Source of the DNA: an uncultured Gammaproteobacteria bacterium
GTDB lineage: Bacteria; Patescibacteriota; Patescibacteriia; 2-01-FULL-39-33
Assembly: GCA_964558935.1 (NCBI GenBank)
Contig: CAZLFP010000001.1
Coordinates: 83,260-147,259, forward strand
Direction: 5' to 3'
DNA length: 64,000 nt
The notes beneath the pieces are model-generated. The model was not told the DNA's origin. It did no database searches and worked only from the letters and a program-made list of their open reading frames with translations. Of this stretch, positions 8,591 through 18,700 are shown one piece after another (the stretch's first letter is position 1; each line of letters starts with the position of its first letter). The translations under genes and the position numbers were made by a program.

Positions 8591-9332
8591 ACCCGGCACA
8601 ATTATTGAGTTGGGACAACACACCCTTCTCTGCGGGGATTGTCGCAATAAGGAAATGATGAGCAAATACTTAGAAGGTCGAAAAATTGATTCTGTTAACG
8701 CAGATATGCCTTATGGTATATCCATAGTAGAAAGCAAACAAGGATTCAAACAAAAACTTGCCAACGAAACTATTATCCAAAATGACCACATTCAATCAGA
8801 TGAAGAATATATCAAATTTACTAAAGATTGGATTGAGGTAATAAAGCCTTACTTAGCGAGCAAAAACAGTTTCTATCTGTTTAACTGCGACAAAATGATA
8901 TTTGCTTTGCGTGATGGCATGAAGCAGGCTGGAGTTAATTTCTCACAAATGTTGATCTGGATAAAAAATTCAGCAGTAATTGGCAGGAAAGATTATCTTC
9001 CTATGTTTGAACTTATCGCCTACGGCTGGTATGGCACACACAAGTTTATGAAAAGTAAGGATAAGTCGGTGCTGTTTTATCCAAGGCCACAAAGTAGTCC
9101 ATTCCACCCTACATCCAAGCCTGTTGCGTTAATTCGACATCTGATTTTGAATAGCACTAGTATCGGCGACACTGTCTATGATGGATTTTTAGGTGGTGGA
9201 ACTTGTTTGCTCGCTTGTGAACAAACCAAAAGAAAATGTATTGGCGTTGAACTAGAACCAATACACTGTGCTAGTACTATTTTTCGTTGGGAAAAATTGA
9301 CTGGCAAAAAATGTAATATTATTAATCCTTAA
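8550..9332 (+). CDS. Second DNA methyltransferase (beta-class N6A/N4C; motif IV DMPY, motif I FLGGGT)
   Basis: Carries SVNADMPYG...HPTSKPVALIRHLI...DGFLGGGTCLLACEQTKRKCIGVELEP. No adjacent restriction endonuclease. Confidence 0.7.
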   Translation: MSNTQIKKLSSLIKPGTIIELGQHTLLCGDCRNKEMMSKYLEGRKIDSVNADMPYGISIVESKQGFKQKLANETIIQNDHIQSDEEYIKFTKDWIEVIKPYLASKNSFYLFNCDKMIFALRDGMKQAGVNFSQMLIWIKNSAVIGRKDYLPMFELIAYGWYGTHKFMKSKDKSVLFYPRPQSSPFHPTSKPVALIRHLILNSTSIGDTVYDGFLGGGTCLLACEQTKRKCIGVELEPIHCASTIFRWEKLTGKKCNIINP

Positions 9333-9342
9333 ATTTAAACAT

Positions 9343-9750
9343 ATGACTCCAGAAGAAAAACAAAATCAAGAAAAAATAAAGGCATTATTTATTGAACAAT
9401 TAAAAAAGACACCTGTTGTGCAAGTAGTCTGTGAAAAAATCCAAATTGGTAAGAGTAGTATATATCGCTGGAAAAAATCTGATAAAGAATTTAAAAAGGC
9501 AGTAGATGAAGCCATGTCTGAAGGAACAGATTATATTTCTGATATGGCTGAGAGTAGATTAATTGAAGCTATAAGAGATAGAAATTTGCGTGCCGTATTT
9601 TTTTGGCTTAAGTCCCATTCAAATCGTTATTCCACTAAAGTTGAAATCAATGGACGACTTAAGATGGAAAATGAACCACTAACGCAGGATCAACAGGACT
9701 TAATAAAAAAAGCCTTGGAATATTCAGGTTTGTTAAATGATAAAAAATAG
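9343..9750 (+). CDS. terS: Phage terminase small subunit-like protein
   Basis: 135 aa with an HTH-like N-terminus (GKSSIYRWKK). Immediately upstream of the large terminase gene and overlapping it. Confidence 0.5.
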   Translation: MTPEEKQNQEKIKALFIEQLKKTPVVQVVCEKIQIGKSSIYRWKKSDKEFKKAVDEAMSEGTDYISDMAESRLIEAIRDRNLRAVFFWLKSHSNRYSTKVEINGRLKMENEPLTQDQQDLIKKALEYSGLLNDKK

Positions 9751-11278
9751 TATGAAAAATGAATATTTGAAAGAAATATTGTCAGACAACAAATTACGTG
9801 TTGCCCTGGCAAAAGAATCACACCAATGGTTCTTCAATTTATACTTTGCCCATTATATAGATTGTCCATCAGCTCCATTCCATAAAAGATTTTTTGAAAT
9901 TACTGAGGATGAAAATATTAACATGGCAGTATTAGTTAGTTTTAGAGGTTCGGCAAAATCTACCATTATGACTACATCATATCCATTATGGGCAGTTATG
10001 GGGAAGCAAAGACGAAAGCTTGTTGTTATAGTTGGTAGAACGCAACGTCAGACTAAACTTATGATAGATAATTTGAAGCGTGAGCTAGAATCTAACCCTA
10101 TTTTATATAAAGATATGGGACCCTTTAAAGAACAGGGCGGTGATCTAGGTTCATATGCACTATATTTACCATGGTATGACGCAAAAATTATTGCCGTGTC
10201 AATGGAACAAACTATTCGTGGTATTCGCCATGGTAAGTACCGTCCAGATCTGATTCTATTGGATGATATTGAGGATCTCGATAGTGTAAAAACTATGGAA
10301 GGTAGAGATAAAATATTTAATTGGATTGCAAGTGAAGTTTTGCCAGCAGGACAAATTAATACCAAAGTTATTTGTATTGGAAATCTTTTGCATGAAGATT
10401 CAATGCTCATGAGATTGAAACGAAAAATTCAAAATAAAGAATTAGATGCAGTGTTTATGGAAATTCCTCTAATTGAGGATAATGGTGATATAACATGGAC
10501 GGGAATGTATCCAAATATGGAAGCAATTGAAAAGAAAAAACGACAGATTTTTGACGAGTATGCTTGGCACCGTGAATACATGCTAAAAATCATTTCTGAT
10601 AGAGGACGAATTATTCAACCAGAGTGGATAAAAAAATATAAGGATATTAAAGATGTTTTAACAGGAAGTGATTGTCGTAGTTTAACGATGACTAGTATTG
10701 ATCCAGCAATCTCTAAAGATGAAAATGCTTGTAAAACAGCTATGGTGTCCCTACGTGTTTTTAATTCTCGTAACAGATTGAAAATTATTGTATTACCAAA
10801 TCCTATCAACGAACGATTAACAATGAATGAAACAATTGAAAATGCAAAAAATATTTCAACTGTATTAGGTAATGGATATAAGACTGAATTATTAATTGAG
10901 GACGTTGGAATGCAAAAAGCATTTATTCAGGAGTTAGAAAGATTCCATTATCCAGTAACAGGATTCCCAGTGCACGGACAAGACAAACGCGCTAGATTGA
11001 AATTTGCCAGTCATCTGGTACAAGAAGGTGTTGTTTTTTTTCCAGAAAAGGGCTGTGAAGATTTGATAAACCAAATTGTAAATTTCGATACAGAAAAATA
11101 TCATGATTTGGCGGATGCTTTTTCAATGGCTTTATTAGATATCATTAAACGTGACAGTAACGAAGAATTATTCGAAGGTGTCGGCGAAGCAACTGCGTCG
11201 TGGGAAGAAGATCAAAATGAAAATATATCCAGACGAATAATAATAAGGGCTGGTATTGATCCAGATAATTGGGATTAA
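9737..11278 (+). CDS. terL: Phage terminase large subunit (ATPase + nuclease)
   Basis: 513 aa. Walker A-like SFRGSAKST and Walker B LILLDDIED are present, giving terminase_6-like organisation. Confidence 0.75.
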   Translation: MIKNSMKNEYLKEILSDNKLRVALAKESHQWFFNLYFAHYIDCPSAPFHKRFFEITEDENINMAVLVSFRGSAKSTIMTTSYPLWAVMGKQRRKLVVIVGRTQRQTKLMIDNLKRELESNPILYKDMGPFKEQGGDLGSYALYLPWYDAKIIAVSMEQTIRGIRHGKYRPDLILLDDIEDLDSVKTMEGRDKIFNWIASEVLPAGQINTKVICIGNLLHEDSMLMRLKRKIQNKELDAVFMEIPLIEDNGDITWTGMYPNMEAIEKKKRQIFDEYAWHREYMLKIISDRGRIIQPEWIKKYKDIKDVLTGSDCRSLTMTSIDPAISKDENACKTAMVSLRVFNSRNRLKIIVLPNPINERLTMNETIENAKNISTVLGNGYKTELLIEDVGMQKAFIQELERFHYPVTGFPVHGQDKRARLKFASHLVQEGVVFFPEKGCEDLINQIVNFDTEKYHDLADAFSMALLDIIKRDSNEELFEGVGEATASWEEDQNENISRRIIIRAGIDPDNWD

Positions 11279-11365
11279 TAAGTTACCAACAGTTTGGCTC
11301 TGGACTACAGGAACGGGACGCGTCATTACTGGTAGTAGAAGTAATAAATAACCAAAACTACCAGT

Positions 11366-12697
11366 ATGATGGAGTATCAACAAAAAACCATGCCCCAAGG
11401 GCAAAATACGACGGTTTTAGAGGATTTTACGCCAAAAGTGAGGTATTGCCTATACGCACGAAAGAGCACAGAGCAAGACGAGTTACAGGCGCTCTCAATA
11501 GATTCACAGATCAAGGAGATGTTAGAGTTAGCTAATAAGGAGAATCTGGATATTGTCGAGATCAGACGAGAAAGTCACTCAGCCAAAGATTCAGGGCAAC
11601 GGCCAGTGTTCAGTAAACTTTTATACGATATTCGGCAAGGAATGTTTAGTGGTATCCTTTGCTGGGCCCCTGACAGATTAAGTAGAAATGCTGGTGATCT
11701 TGGGTCAGTGGTAGATTTAATGGATCAAGGGTTTTTACAAGAAATACGAACACATAGTCAGACATTTACTAATAATCCAAATGAAAAATTCCTGTTGATG
11801 ATTTTAGGTAGTCAAGCAAAATTAGAAAATGACCATAAAGGTGAAAACGTAAAAAGAGGACTTAGAGCAAAGTGCGAACAAGGCTGGCGACCAGGGCAAC
11901 CACCACTTGGATATCTTCATGATAAATTTGCAGATAAAGGACAAAAGAAAGTATATATTGATTCTGATAGAGCACCTTTTATCAAACAAATGTTTGAACT
12001 AGTGGCTTATGAAAATTATAGTGGACGACAAATTGATAAATGGATAAAGAAAAATAATCTAAAAACGAAAAAGAAAAAAAATATAAGTTTAAGCATGATT
12101 TATAGAATTCTTGGGGATTGTTATTACTACGGTGAATTTGAATATCCAGTTGGTAGTGGAAAGTTTTATAAAGGTGGACACGACCCGATAATATCCAAAG
12201 AATTATTTCTAAAAGCAAGAGAAAATCTAACATCACCACCAAGGCGACACCCTGGAACTGTGGAATTTGCATTCACAAAATTATTATATTGTGGAAACTG
12301 TGGCTCTGGGATAAGTGCGGAAGAAAAATTTAAACATCAAAAAAATGGTAATATTCACAGATATGTTTATTACCATTGTTCACGAGGTAAAGATAGAGAT
12401 TGTCGGGAGGGAGCAATACGTGAGGAAGATCTCATCAAACAAATGGTTGGTTTGATTGATAAGATCGAAGTGGACCAATTAAAAATTGGCGAAAAAGTGA
12501 AAGCTGAAATGGAGAGATTTAGGAAGTTTAGTTCTATGCTAGGACAAACTGCTGAACAGCTCAAAAATGTTAACCTAGACGCGAGAAATTACGCTAAGTA
12601 TATTCTTTTAGAAGGGAGCAAGGAGGAAAAAAGAGAATTATTGGAGTGTATGAGTGGTAAGGTGGTGCTGAAGAATAAAGAATTAAACATTGTATAA
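11366..12697 (+). CDS. Large serine recombinase/integrase (resolvase domain + recombinase domain + zinc ribbon)
   Basis: 443 aa. The catalytic Ser sits in the context YARKSTEQDELQALSIDSQ. The Cys cluster CGNCGS...YYHCS is also present. Confidence 0.8.
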   Translation: MMEYQQKTMPQGQNTTVLEDFTPKVRYCLYARKSTEQDELQALSIDSQIKEMLELANKENLDIVEIRRESHSAKDSGQRPVFSKLLYDIRQGMFSGILCWAPDRLSRNAGDLGSVVDLMDQGFLQEIRTHSQTFTNNPNEKFLLMILGSQAKLENDHKGENVKRGLRAKCEQGWRPGQPPLGYLHDKFADKGQKKVYIDSDRAPFIKQMFELVAYENYSGRQIDKWIKKNNLKTKKKKNISLSMIYRILGDCYYYGEFEYPVGSGKFYKGGHDPIISKELFLKARENLTSPPRRHPGTVEFAFTKLLYCGNCGSGISAEEKFKHQKNGNIHRYVYYHCSRGKDRDCREGAIREEDLIKQMVGLIDKIEVDQLKIGEKVKAEMERFRKFSSMLGQTAEQLKNVNLDARNYAKYILLEGSKEEKRELLECMSGKVVLKNKELNIV

Positions 12698-12718
12698 TTA
12701 AATTTCATTGTTTTAAAA

Positions 12719-15700
12719 CTATCTGTTTTCTTCAACAATTTTAATTTCTTCATCCGTTAAATCGTAAAGCTTATAAACTAACTTATCAATTTCTTCTTCT
12801 AATTCAGAAGTATCAGCTTCTGAATTTTCTTTTTTAATTTTTAATATTTGGTCAACCAAATTTACAATCTCATTTTTTTGTGTATCGTCGACATCAGGTA
12901 TTGGATAATTATTTATCATATCCTTGGTGAAGCTAATTCCTTGATTATAGCTTGACGCGGGATATTTTTCTTTTAGAAAGAAAAGAATTAATTTGTTATT
13001 TAATAGAGCTAGTAAAAATTTCAAATTATCTATTTTATCGGAAATTACAATAAGTGTGGTCTTCGCAGGAATAGTATCCCCACAGCTATCTAAAGTTCCA
13101 TCAAGTAAATTTAATCCTTTTATAATAATTTTATATTTACTCGCCTTTTGTCCATATGAATTAGGGAATTCTTTAATAAAAATCTCTTTATTAACTACAG
13201 GGCATAAATATTTATCCTTTAAATATGTCATTTCTTTTTTGCCCCACCGAGAAGAATACTTACTGATGGTTCCAGTATTTATAATTTTGAAATACTTACT
13301 AGGATCAAAATTATCTTTATTAATATTTTCTAAAAGAGGTTTAAGTTTATATGCGTCAGATGTAGCACAGGCATTTTCACAAATGGCATAATCGGATAAT
13401 TTTTTAATAAATTTCTCTATTTTTTCTAGAAAAACCAAGTTTTCAGAAAAAATAAAATCAAGAGCATAAGGATCCATCAATTTATCTTTGGGATAGTTTC
13501 GTTTATACTGGAATCCATCTTTAGTGTATTCAACTACTTTTATGGAATCATGTTCTGTTTTTGAAATAAAAGTTATTATTGAATCTACTTTTGCAGTTTC
13601 AAATACATTCCGACCAGACTTTAAAATAGAATAAATATTACTAATAATACCTCTTCTTAATTCATCTCCAAAGGATTTAGAAATCCATTTATCAGGTGTG
13701 ATATATACCAAAATTCCCTCCTTGGTTATATTATGAAATCCTAATTCCAAAAAAGCTATGTAAATATCCCAATTTCCTTTTGTCCAATTATAGTTTTGTT
13801 GAATTGTATCTCTAAGTTCAAGTTGTCCATTTTTTTTCATGCTTTCTGAATCAATGTACGGTGGATTGCCAATTACGACATCAAAACCATTTATACCAAA
13901 CATAAATTCAGAATCAAAAAATTCTGTCACTTGTTCATTGTCAAAGGGGTGATATGATTGTAATTGTTCTAGTTTTTTAGATTTACCAAAAAGATTACCT
14001 TGATTTTTTTCTTCTAAAAGTTTATTAAACTTAATCTTCAATAGTTCTTTAACTTTAGGACTTCGAGCATTAAAATATTTTTCTCTAATTTCTTGCATTT
14101 CTTCTTCAAGCTTATCAGCTTGATCAAGCATTTGAGTTTGTTTGTTGGCATCTAAAGGAATTAGACTATTTGCACAAACAAATTTAAAATCAAGATTTGG
14201 TAGTGGTTTTATTTTATTACTGTCTACATCTTCATCTACGACAATAGACAACCAGGCTCTAAGACGGGAGATTTCAACCGCCATTGGTTCAATATCAACC
14301 CCATGTAAATTATTTTTGATAATTTCCAACTTCTTTTTGTAGGAGTCAAATGTTGCGTCTAATCTTTCGTATGTTTGTAAAAGCAAAGATAACATACCCA
14401 TCGGAAAAGCACCTGAACCGCAAGCAGGATCAAGAATTTTTAATTCATCAAGAGCTTTTAATATATCGTATTTGTATGGTTTTAATTTGTCACGATAATT
14501 TCTTTGTTGATCTCTCCAATCATGTTCTTTGCTGTCCAATAAATTATCAATTAATTCAAAAGATTTTCCTTCATCCCCAAGCTTATTTTTTAAATATTGT
14601 CGTAAACTCTCACGGGACATATAATCAACAATTTCTCTAGGAGTATAAAAAGCACCTTTTGCTTTTCTGGCCTGTTCACCAGTTTCTTCCGTTTGTTCTG
14701 CTAACAAGTTTTCAAAAATACGTCCTAACATTTCAGGATCAATGGCAACTTGTTGAAAAGTGCTAGTACTTTCGTCAGTGGTGAAATTGTAATGATGAAG
14801 AAAATCAATAATCCTATCAAAATAATCTGCTGGGAATGTAAGTTTTGTATCACCGTACTTATCTCCTAATTTTTCTTCAAATAAACCACCGTTCAAAAAT
14901 GGAGTAATCTTATCAATACCTTTTTCTCTATCTTCAATAGGAGTGTTAAAAACCTTGAAAAATAATGTTTCTAATTTTTCTCTGTAATATTCTGTTGCAT
15001 TTTTTCCCTTTATCTTAAAATAATCAACTTCGGTATTTATAATTCCTTTTTTATCCAAAAACCAACAAAATACCAATCTGCCAATTAATCGATTAACAAA
15101 ATATGAAGCGTGCTTATCATCAAAAACTTTTTCCTTAATGAGATGTTGCTTTAATTCTACAAAGAATGAACTTACCTCTTTATAGAAACGTTTATTCAAA
15201 GGTTCAATGTCAAAACTTTGCCACAACATCTCGTGAACCTGAGCCTTATTATCAAAATCAAACTCCTGCAACCATTTTGCAAAAATTTCTTGCTGTGTAA
15301 TTGTTAGCTCACCTGACAATTCTAATGTACGTATTATATAATTCTTACTTAAAACCACTATTACACGATCGGATTTTTCTGGAATCACAAAATCAATACC
15401 TACATTTAAATTTCCATAAAAAGGCTCATCCTCAAAATTTGGAGTAAGAGCCACAAGCCAACTAATGATTGATTTTTTCGGTTTTTTAACCCAATATACT
15501 TTCAAATCTATTTTTTCAAGGTTGTCATTAGATATTTTATAAGAAGCTCTGCGATCAGCAAAACCTTCCGCTTCCATAAACCAGCCTGCGTTTGATCTAA
15601 TTTTACCCTGAGAATCTGTAAATAATTTCCATTCATTACTTGATTCAATACCAAATAATGATACCAAATTATTAATTACATTTTGAGTATTTGAAAAACT

Positions 15701-15778
15701 GTTTTCTTGTGACAGAATTTTTATTGATTCGTTTAATTCTTGAATTTTTTCTGGTAATTTATTTATTGTCTTTGACAT
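12719..15778 (-). CDS. Large gamma-class N6-adenine DNA methyltransferase with type IIG/PglX-like architecture (N-terminal domain, MTase core, C-terminal putative target-recognition domain)
   Basis: 1019 aa. Motif X is GAFYTPREIVDYM, motif I ILDPACGSGAF, motif IV VIGNPPY. Overlaps the downstream helicase gene by 20 nt. Confidence 0.75.
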   Translation of the reverse strand: MSKTINKLPEKIQELNESIKILSQENSFSNTQNVINNLVSLFGIESSNEWKLFTDSQGKIRSNAGWFMEAEGFADRRASYKISNDNLEKIDLKVYWVKKPKKSIISWLVALTPNFEDEPFYGNLNVGIDFVIPEKSDRVIVVLSKNYIIRTLELSGELTITQQEIFAKWLQEFDFDNKAQVHEMLWQSFDIEPLNKRFYKEVSSFFVELKQHLIKEKVFDDKHASYFVNRLIGRLVFCWFLDKKGIINTEVDYFKIKGKNATEYYREKLETLFFKVFNTPIEDREKGIDKITPFLNGGLFEEKLGDKYGDTKLTFPADYFDRIIDFLHHYNFTTDESTSTFQQVAIDPEMLGRIFENLLAEQTEETGEQARKAKGAFYTPREIVDYMSRESLRQYLKNKLGDEGKSFELIDNLLDSKEHDWRDQQRNYRDKLKPYKYDILKALDELKILDPACGSGAFPMGMLSLLLQTYERLDATFDSYKKKLEIIKNNLHGVDIEPMAVEISRLRAWLSIVVDEDVDSNKIKPLPNLDFKFVCANSLIPLDANKQTQMLDQADKLEEEMQEIREKYFNARSPKVKELLKIKFNKLLEEKNQGNLFGKSKKLEQLQSYHPFDNEQVTEFFDSEFMFGINGFDVVIGNPPYIDSESMKKNGQLELRDTIQQNYNWTKGNWDIYIAFLELGFHNITKEGILVYITPDKWISKSFGDELRRGIISNIYSILKSGRNVFETAKVDSIITFISKTEHDSIKVVEYTKDGFQYKRNYPKDKLMDPYALDFIFSENLVFLEKIEKFIKKLSDYAICENACATSDAYKLKPLLENINKDNFDPSKYFKIINTGTISKYSSRWGKKEMTYLKDKYLCPVVNKEIFIKEFPNSYGQKASKYKIIIKGLNLLDGTLDSCGDTIPAKTTLIVISDKIDNLKFLLALLNNKLILFFLKEKYPASSYNQGISFTKDMINNYPIPDVDDTQKNEIVNLVDQILKIKKENSEADTSELEEEIDKLVYKLYDLTDEEIKIVEENR

Positions 15779-18700
15779 AATACAAAACTTGTTTTGAGCT
15801 GGTAGATTGAATAGTTTTATCTTTTCCGTCCAAGGTTTTATAAGATAGACTGATCAATTCTTTTAATTCATCCAAAAAACCTTCGTTTGCTCTTTTTTGT
15901 TTCACAATCTTTCTGACCAGTCTTCTTATTATCTGTTGATCTATAATATTTTTTGTTTGAAAAGCCAGTCTGACTTGTTCAATATCCTCTTCCAATGTTT
16001 GACTTTCAAATAAAATTCTTAGTAATTCTGTTTGTTGGGGAAGCGGAGCACCTATTTCATCATCCTCTGAATAAGTGGCGATGCTTTGTCTTACTTTCCC
16101 ATCTATCATTTGTTTGTCCAAGCTAATGTTGTCAGAAACTCTTTCATTATTATTATCAGTTGTTCTCAACCATTCTAGAGCTTGCAAATTGGTTACAGCC
16201 TGAAAATTAGATCCGTCCCTTAACATAGAGACAAAACTATGACCGATTACTTCATAATTTTCATCACGTAAATTATTAAAGGATAAAACATCTGGTCTTT
16301 GTTCACCACGATGAACAGTATTTGGCATAATGGCCCATTTACCAAGTGAGATATTGTATATTTTATCTTTGTACTCTTCGGATAATTTGTTATTAAGATG
16401 AAAGTTTTTTAGATCCGCTACAAAAATATCTTCTGCCAACAAAAAATCAGCTTCTCTTTCTAATTTTTCCATTGCTTCAATACGTTTTTGTATATCTTCA
16501 CTGTAAATATCTTTCAAATTGTCGGTATATTCAATCGGATTTGCTAGCTCATCTAGTACAGGGGAATCGGTACCAATAGTATTTTTAATCAAATTAATTT
16601 TACCCTCTAATCTTTCAACCAGTTGTAGATACTCTTCAAGTTTTGCTTCTGGTGAAATATTGTAAATATAAACTTTGTCATATTTACTACCTAGACGATT
16701 TACACGACCATTTCGTTGAATCATTCGAACAGGATTCCAATGTAAATCATAATTAACAAGAATACCACAATCTTGAAGATTCTGACCTTCTGATAGAATA
16801 TCTGTTGAAAATAAATAATCTAATTCAGTTTCATCATCTTTTATTTTATAATTTTTTGCTTTTGGTGCAAATCTATTTGCTAAGTTTTCGCTATCACCTC
16901 TGTTTTTAGATGAAATGAACGCAGAATTTTCACTTGTAATAAACTCCGCATATTCAGGCAAAGATTCTCTTAAATATTCCACTGTGTCAGCATAAAATGA
17001 AAATACTAAAATCTTTTTTCCTGCTGGCTGTTCTTTTTGAAGATTTTTTAATAATTCAGCAAAAGATCTAATTTTAGAATCATCTTTACCTAAAACAGAG
17101 AGCTGTCTATCAAGAATATCTATCAATATTCTTTCTCTTCGTATATCTTCTCTCAGTGCTTCTGTGTTATATTTTTTATTATCAATATCATCTAATTCCA
17201 TTTCTTCATCAATTTTAATATCTTCAGGATTAAAATCTTCATCTCCAATACCTAACATTTCTTCAATATTACTGAGATTTTTTAGACTAACGATTTTACC
17301 AATATCCAAACCTTTTTCAAAAACATCCAATTTTCTTTTGTAAATGTCTAGAGAACTTCTAATTGCACTAACAGATGACTCTAATCTTTTTAAAAACATC
17401 GTTCGCAAAATCCCATAGATACTTAATTGAAGGAATAATGATTTGCTTTCCCTTTCATCAAGTTTCATGGCTTTTACCTCACCTCTTGTTTTTCCATAAT
17501 ACTTCGTTTGATACATCATCCATCTATAAGGTACAAACCCCAACAACAAAATTATTTGATACACAAAGGCAACAGCTGATAAATTCGAAAACTTTTCATC
17601 ATCCACTTCTGTTTCTAAATTTTCAATCTGATCAAGAGGGTGTAAAAGTGCATTTGTATTTTTAACAATTTTATCAATTGGCAATCTGTAAATTTTGTTT
17701 AGATCAACGTCATTACTTTCTAGATTTTTAACTTCTTCAGCTACTTCTTTATTAAAACCATATTTTTTAACCTCTGGGACAACAGTTGGAAAATGACTTT
17801 CTTTACCACCAATATTCAATCCACCATATTCTTTTTCTATTCCTTGCCTTGTCCTTCTAACAACAAAAGCTCTGATAATAGGAGCCATTACCTGTTGAAC
17901 ATAATTTTTATCAAAACTTCCATCTCGTTTCAAATCCTGTTTTATCTTCTTCTGTAAATTTTCAATTGCTTGATAAAAAGACATTTGAACCGTCTGTTTT
18001 AACTTTTTATCAACTGATGTCACTTTCAATACATCAGCAACACCTCTAGTACCAAGTAGTATTTGATTTACAATATCACCCAATTGATTATTAATAGGGG
18101 TGGCAGTAAGTAGAAGTACGTGAGCTTTGGGGTTATTTCTTATCCATTCAATAATTTGGTCAAATCTTTTTCCTCCACGATTTTTTAAATTATGAGATTC
18201 ATCAATAACAAACAAAGACACACTTGCTATGTTATCAAGCTCTTTTTTCCTTTCAATTTCATTAGGATTTTGCAACGTAATTGGTGAAAGACCCAAAACT
18301 CCTTGTATTGTCATTTCTTTTTCCCATTGAGTTTTTAGGGATTTTGGACAAATAATTTCAACACGTTGTTGTCCAGATTCAGTATTAAGATATTGTTTTA
18401 TTACTTCAATAGCAGTATATGTTTTCCCCAAACCAACAGAATCTGCCAACATTGCTACTTTGTATTTTCTTAATCTTCTTACTAGTGCATGAACATTTTT
18501 AACTTGAAAATCCAAAAGATCATATCTTCCTTTTATGGTTTCGTCTAAATTTTCCTCAATCAACTCATCACTATACAAATCATAAAGTGTTTTTATATAT
18601 GTTTCATAAGGACTAAAAAGAGTATCACCAGCCGGTGAATTTTCTAATAACTCAGTAAATTGACCATTCCATTCTTCTGTTTGGGGATCATCCCAAAATT

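Larger units (their letters stand above)
6282..12697. mobile_element. Degenerate phage-derived integrative cassette (hypothetical gene, 2 MTases, TerS, TerL, serine recombinase). The non-recombinase part is bracketed by the 12-bp direct repeat AGTTACCAACAG (6282-6293 and 11281-11292)
   Basis: Gene content is phage-like. The 12-mer repeat with flanking similarity sits exactly at the cassette edges. No capsid or portal genes are present. Confidence 0.4.

Noticed and set aside
6282-11292. Interpreting the 12-bp direct repeat as proven att sites
   Set aside because: About 100 chance 12-mer repeats are expected in a 64-kb AT-rich window. Serine recombinases do not generate long direct repeats. 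Only the precise positioning is suggestive, so it is reported as a low-interest finding rather than a feature.
11168-11535. ORFs 11168..11404 (-) and 11269..11535 (+) between terL and the recombinase
   Set aside because: They overlap the recombinase start and the terL end, and show no motifs. The recombinase N-terminal catalytic motif fixes the real frame.
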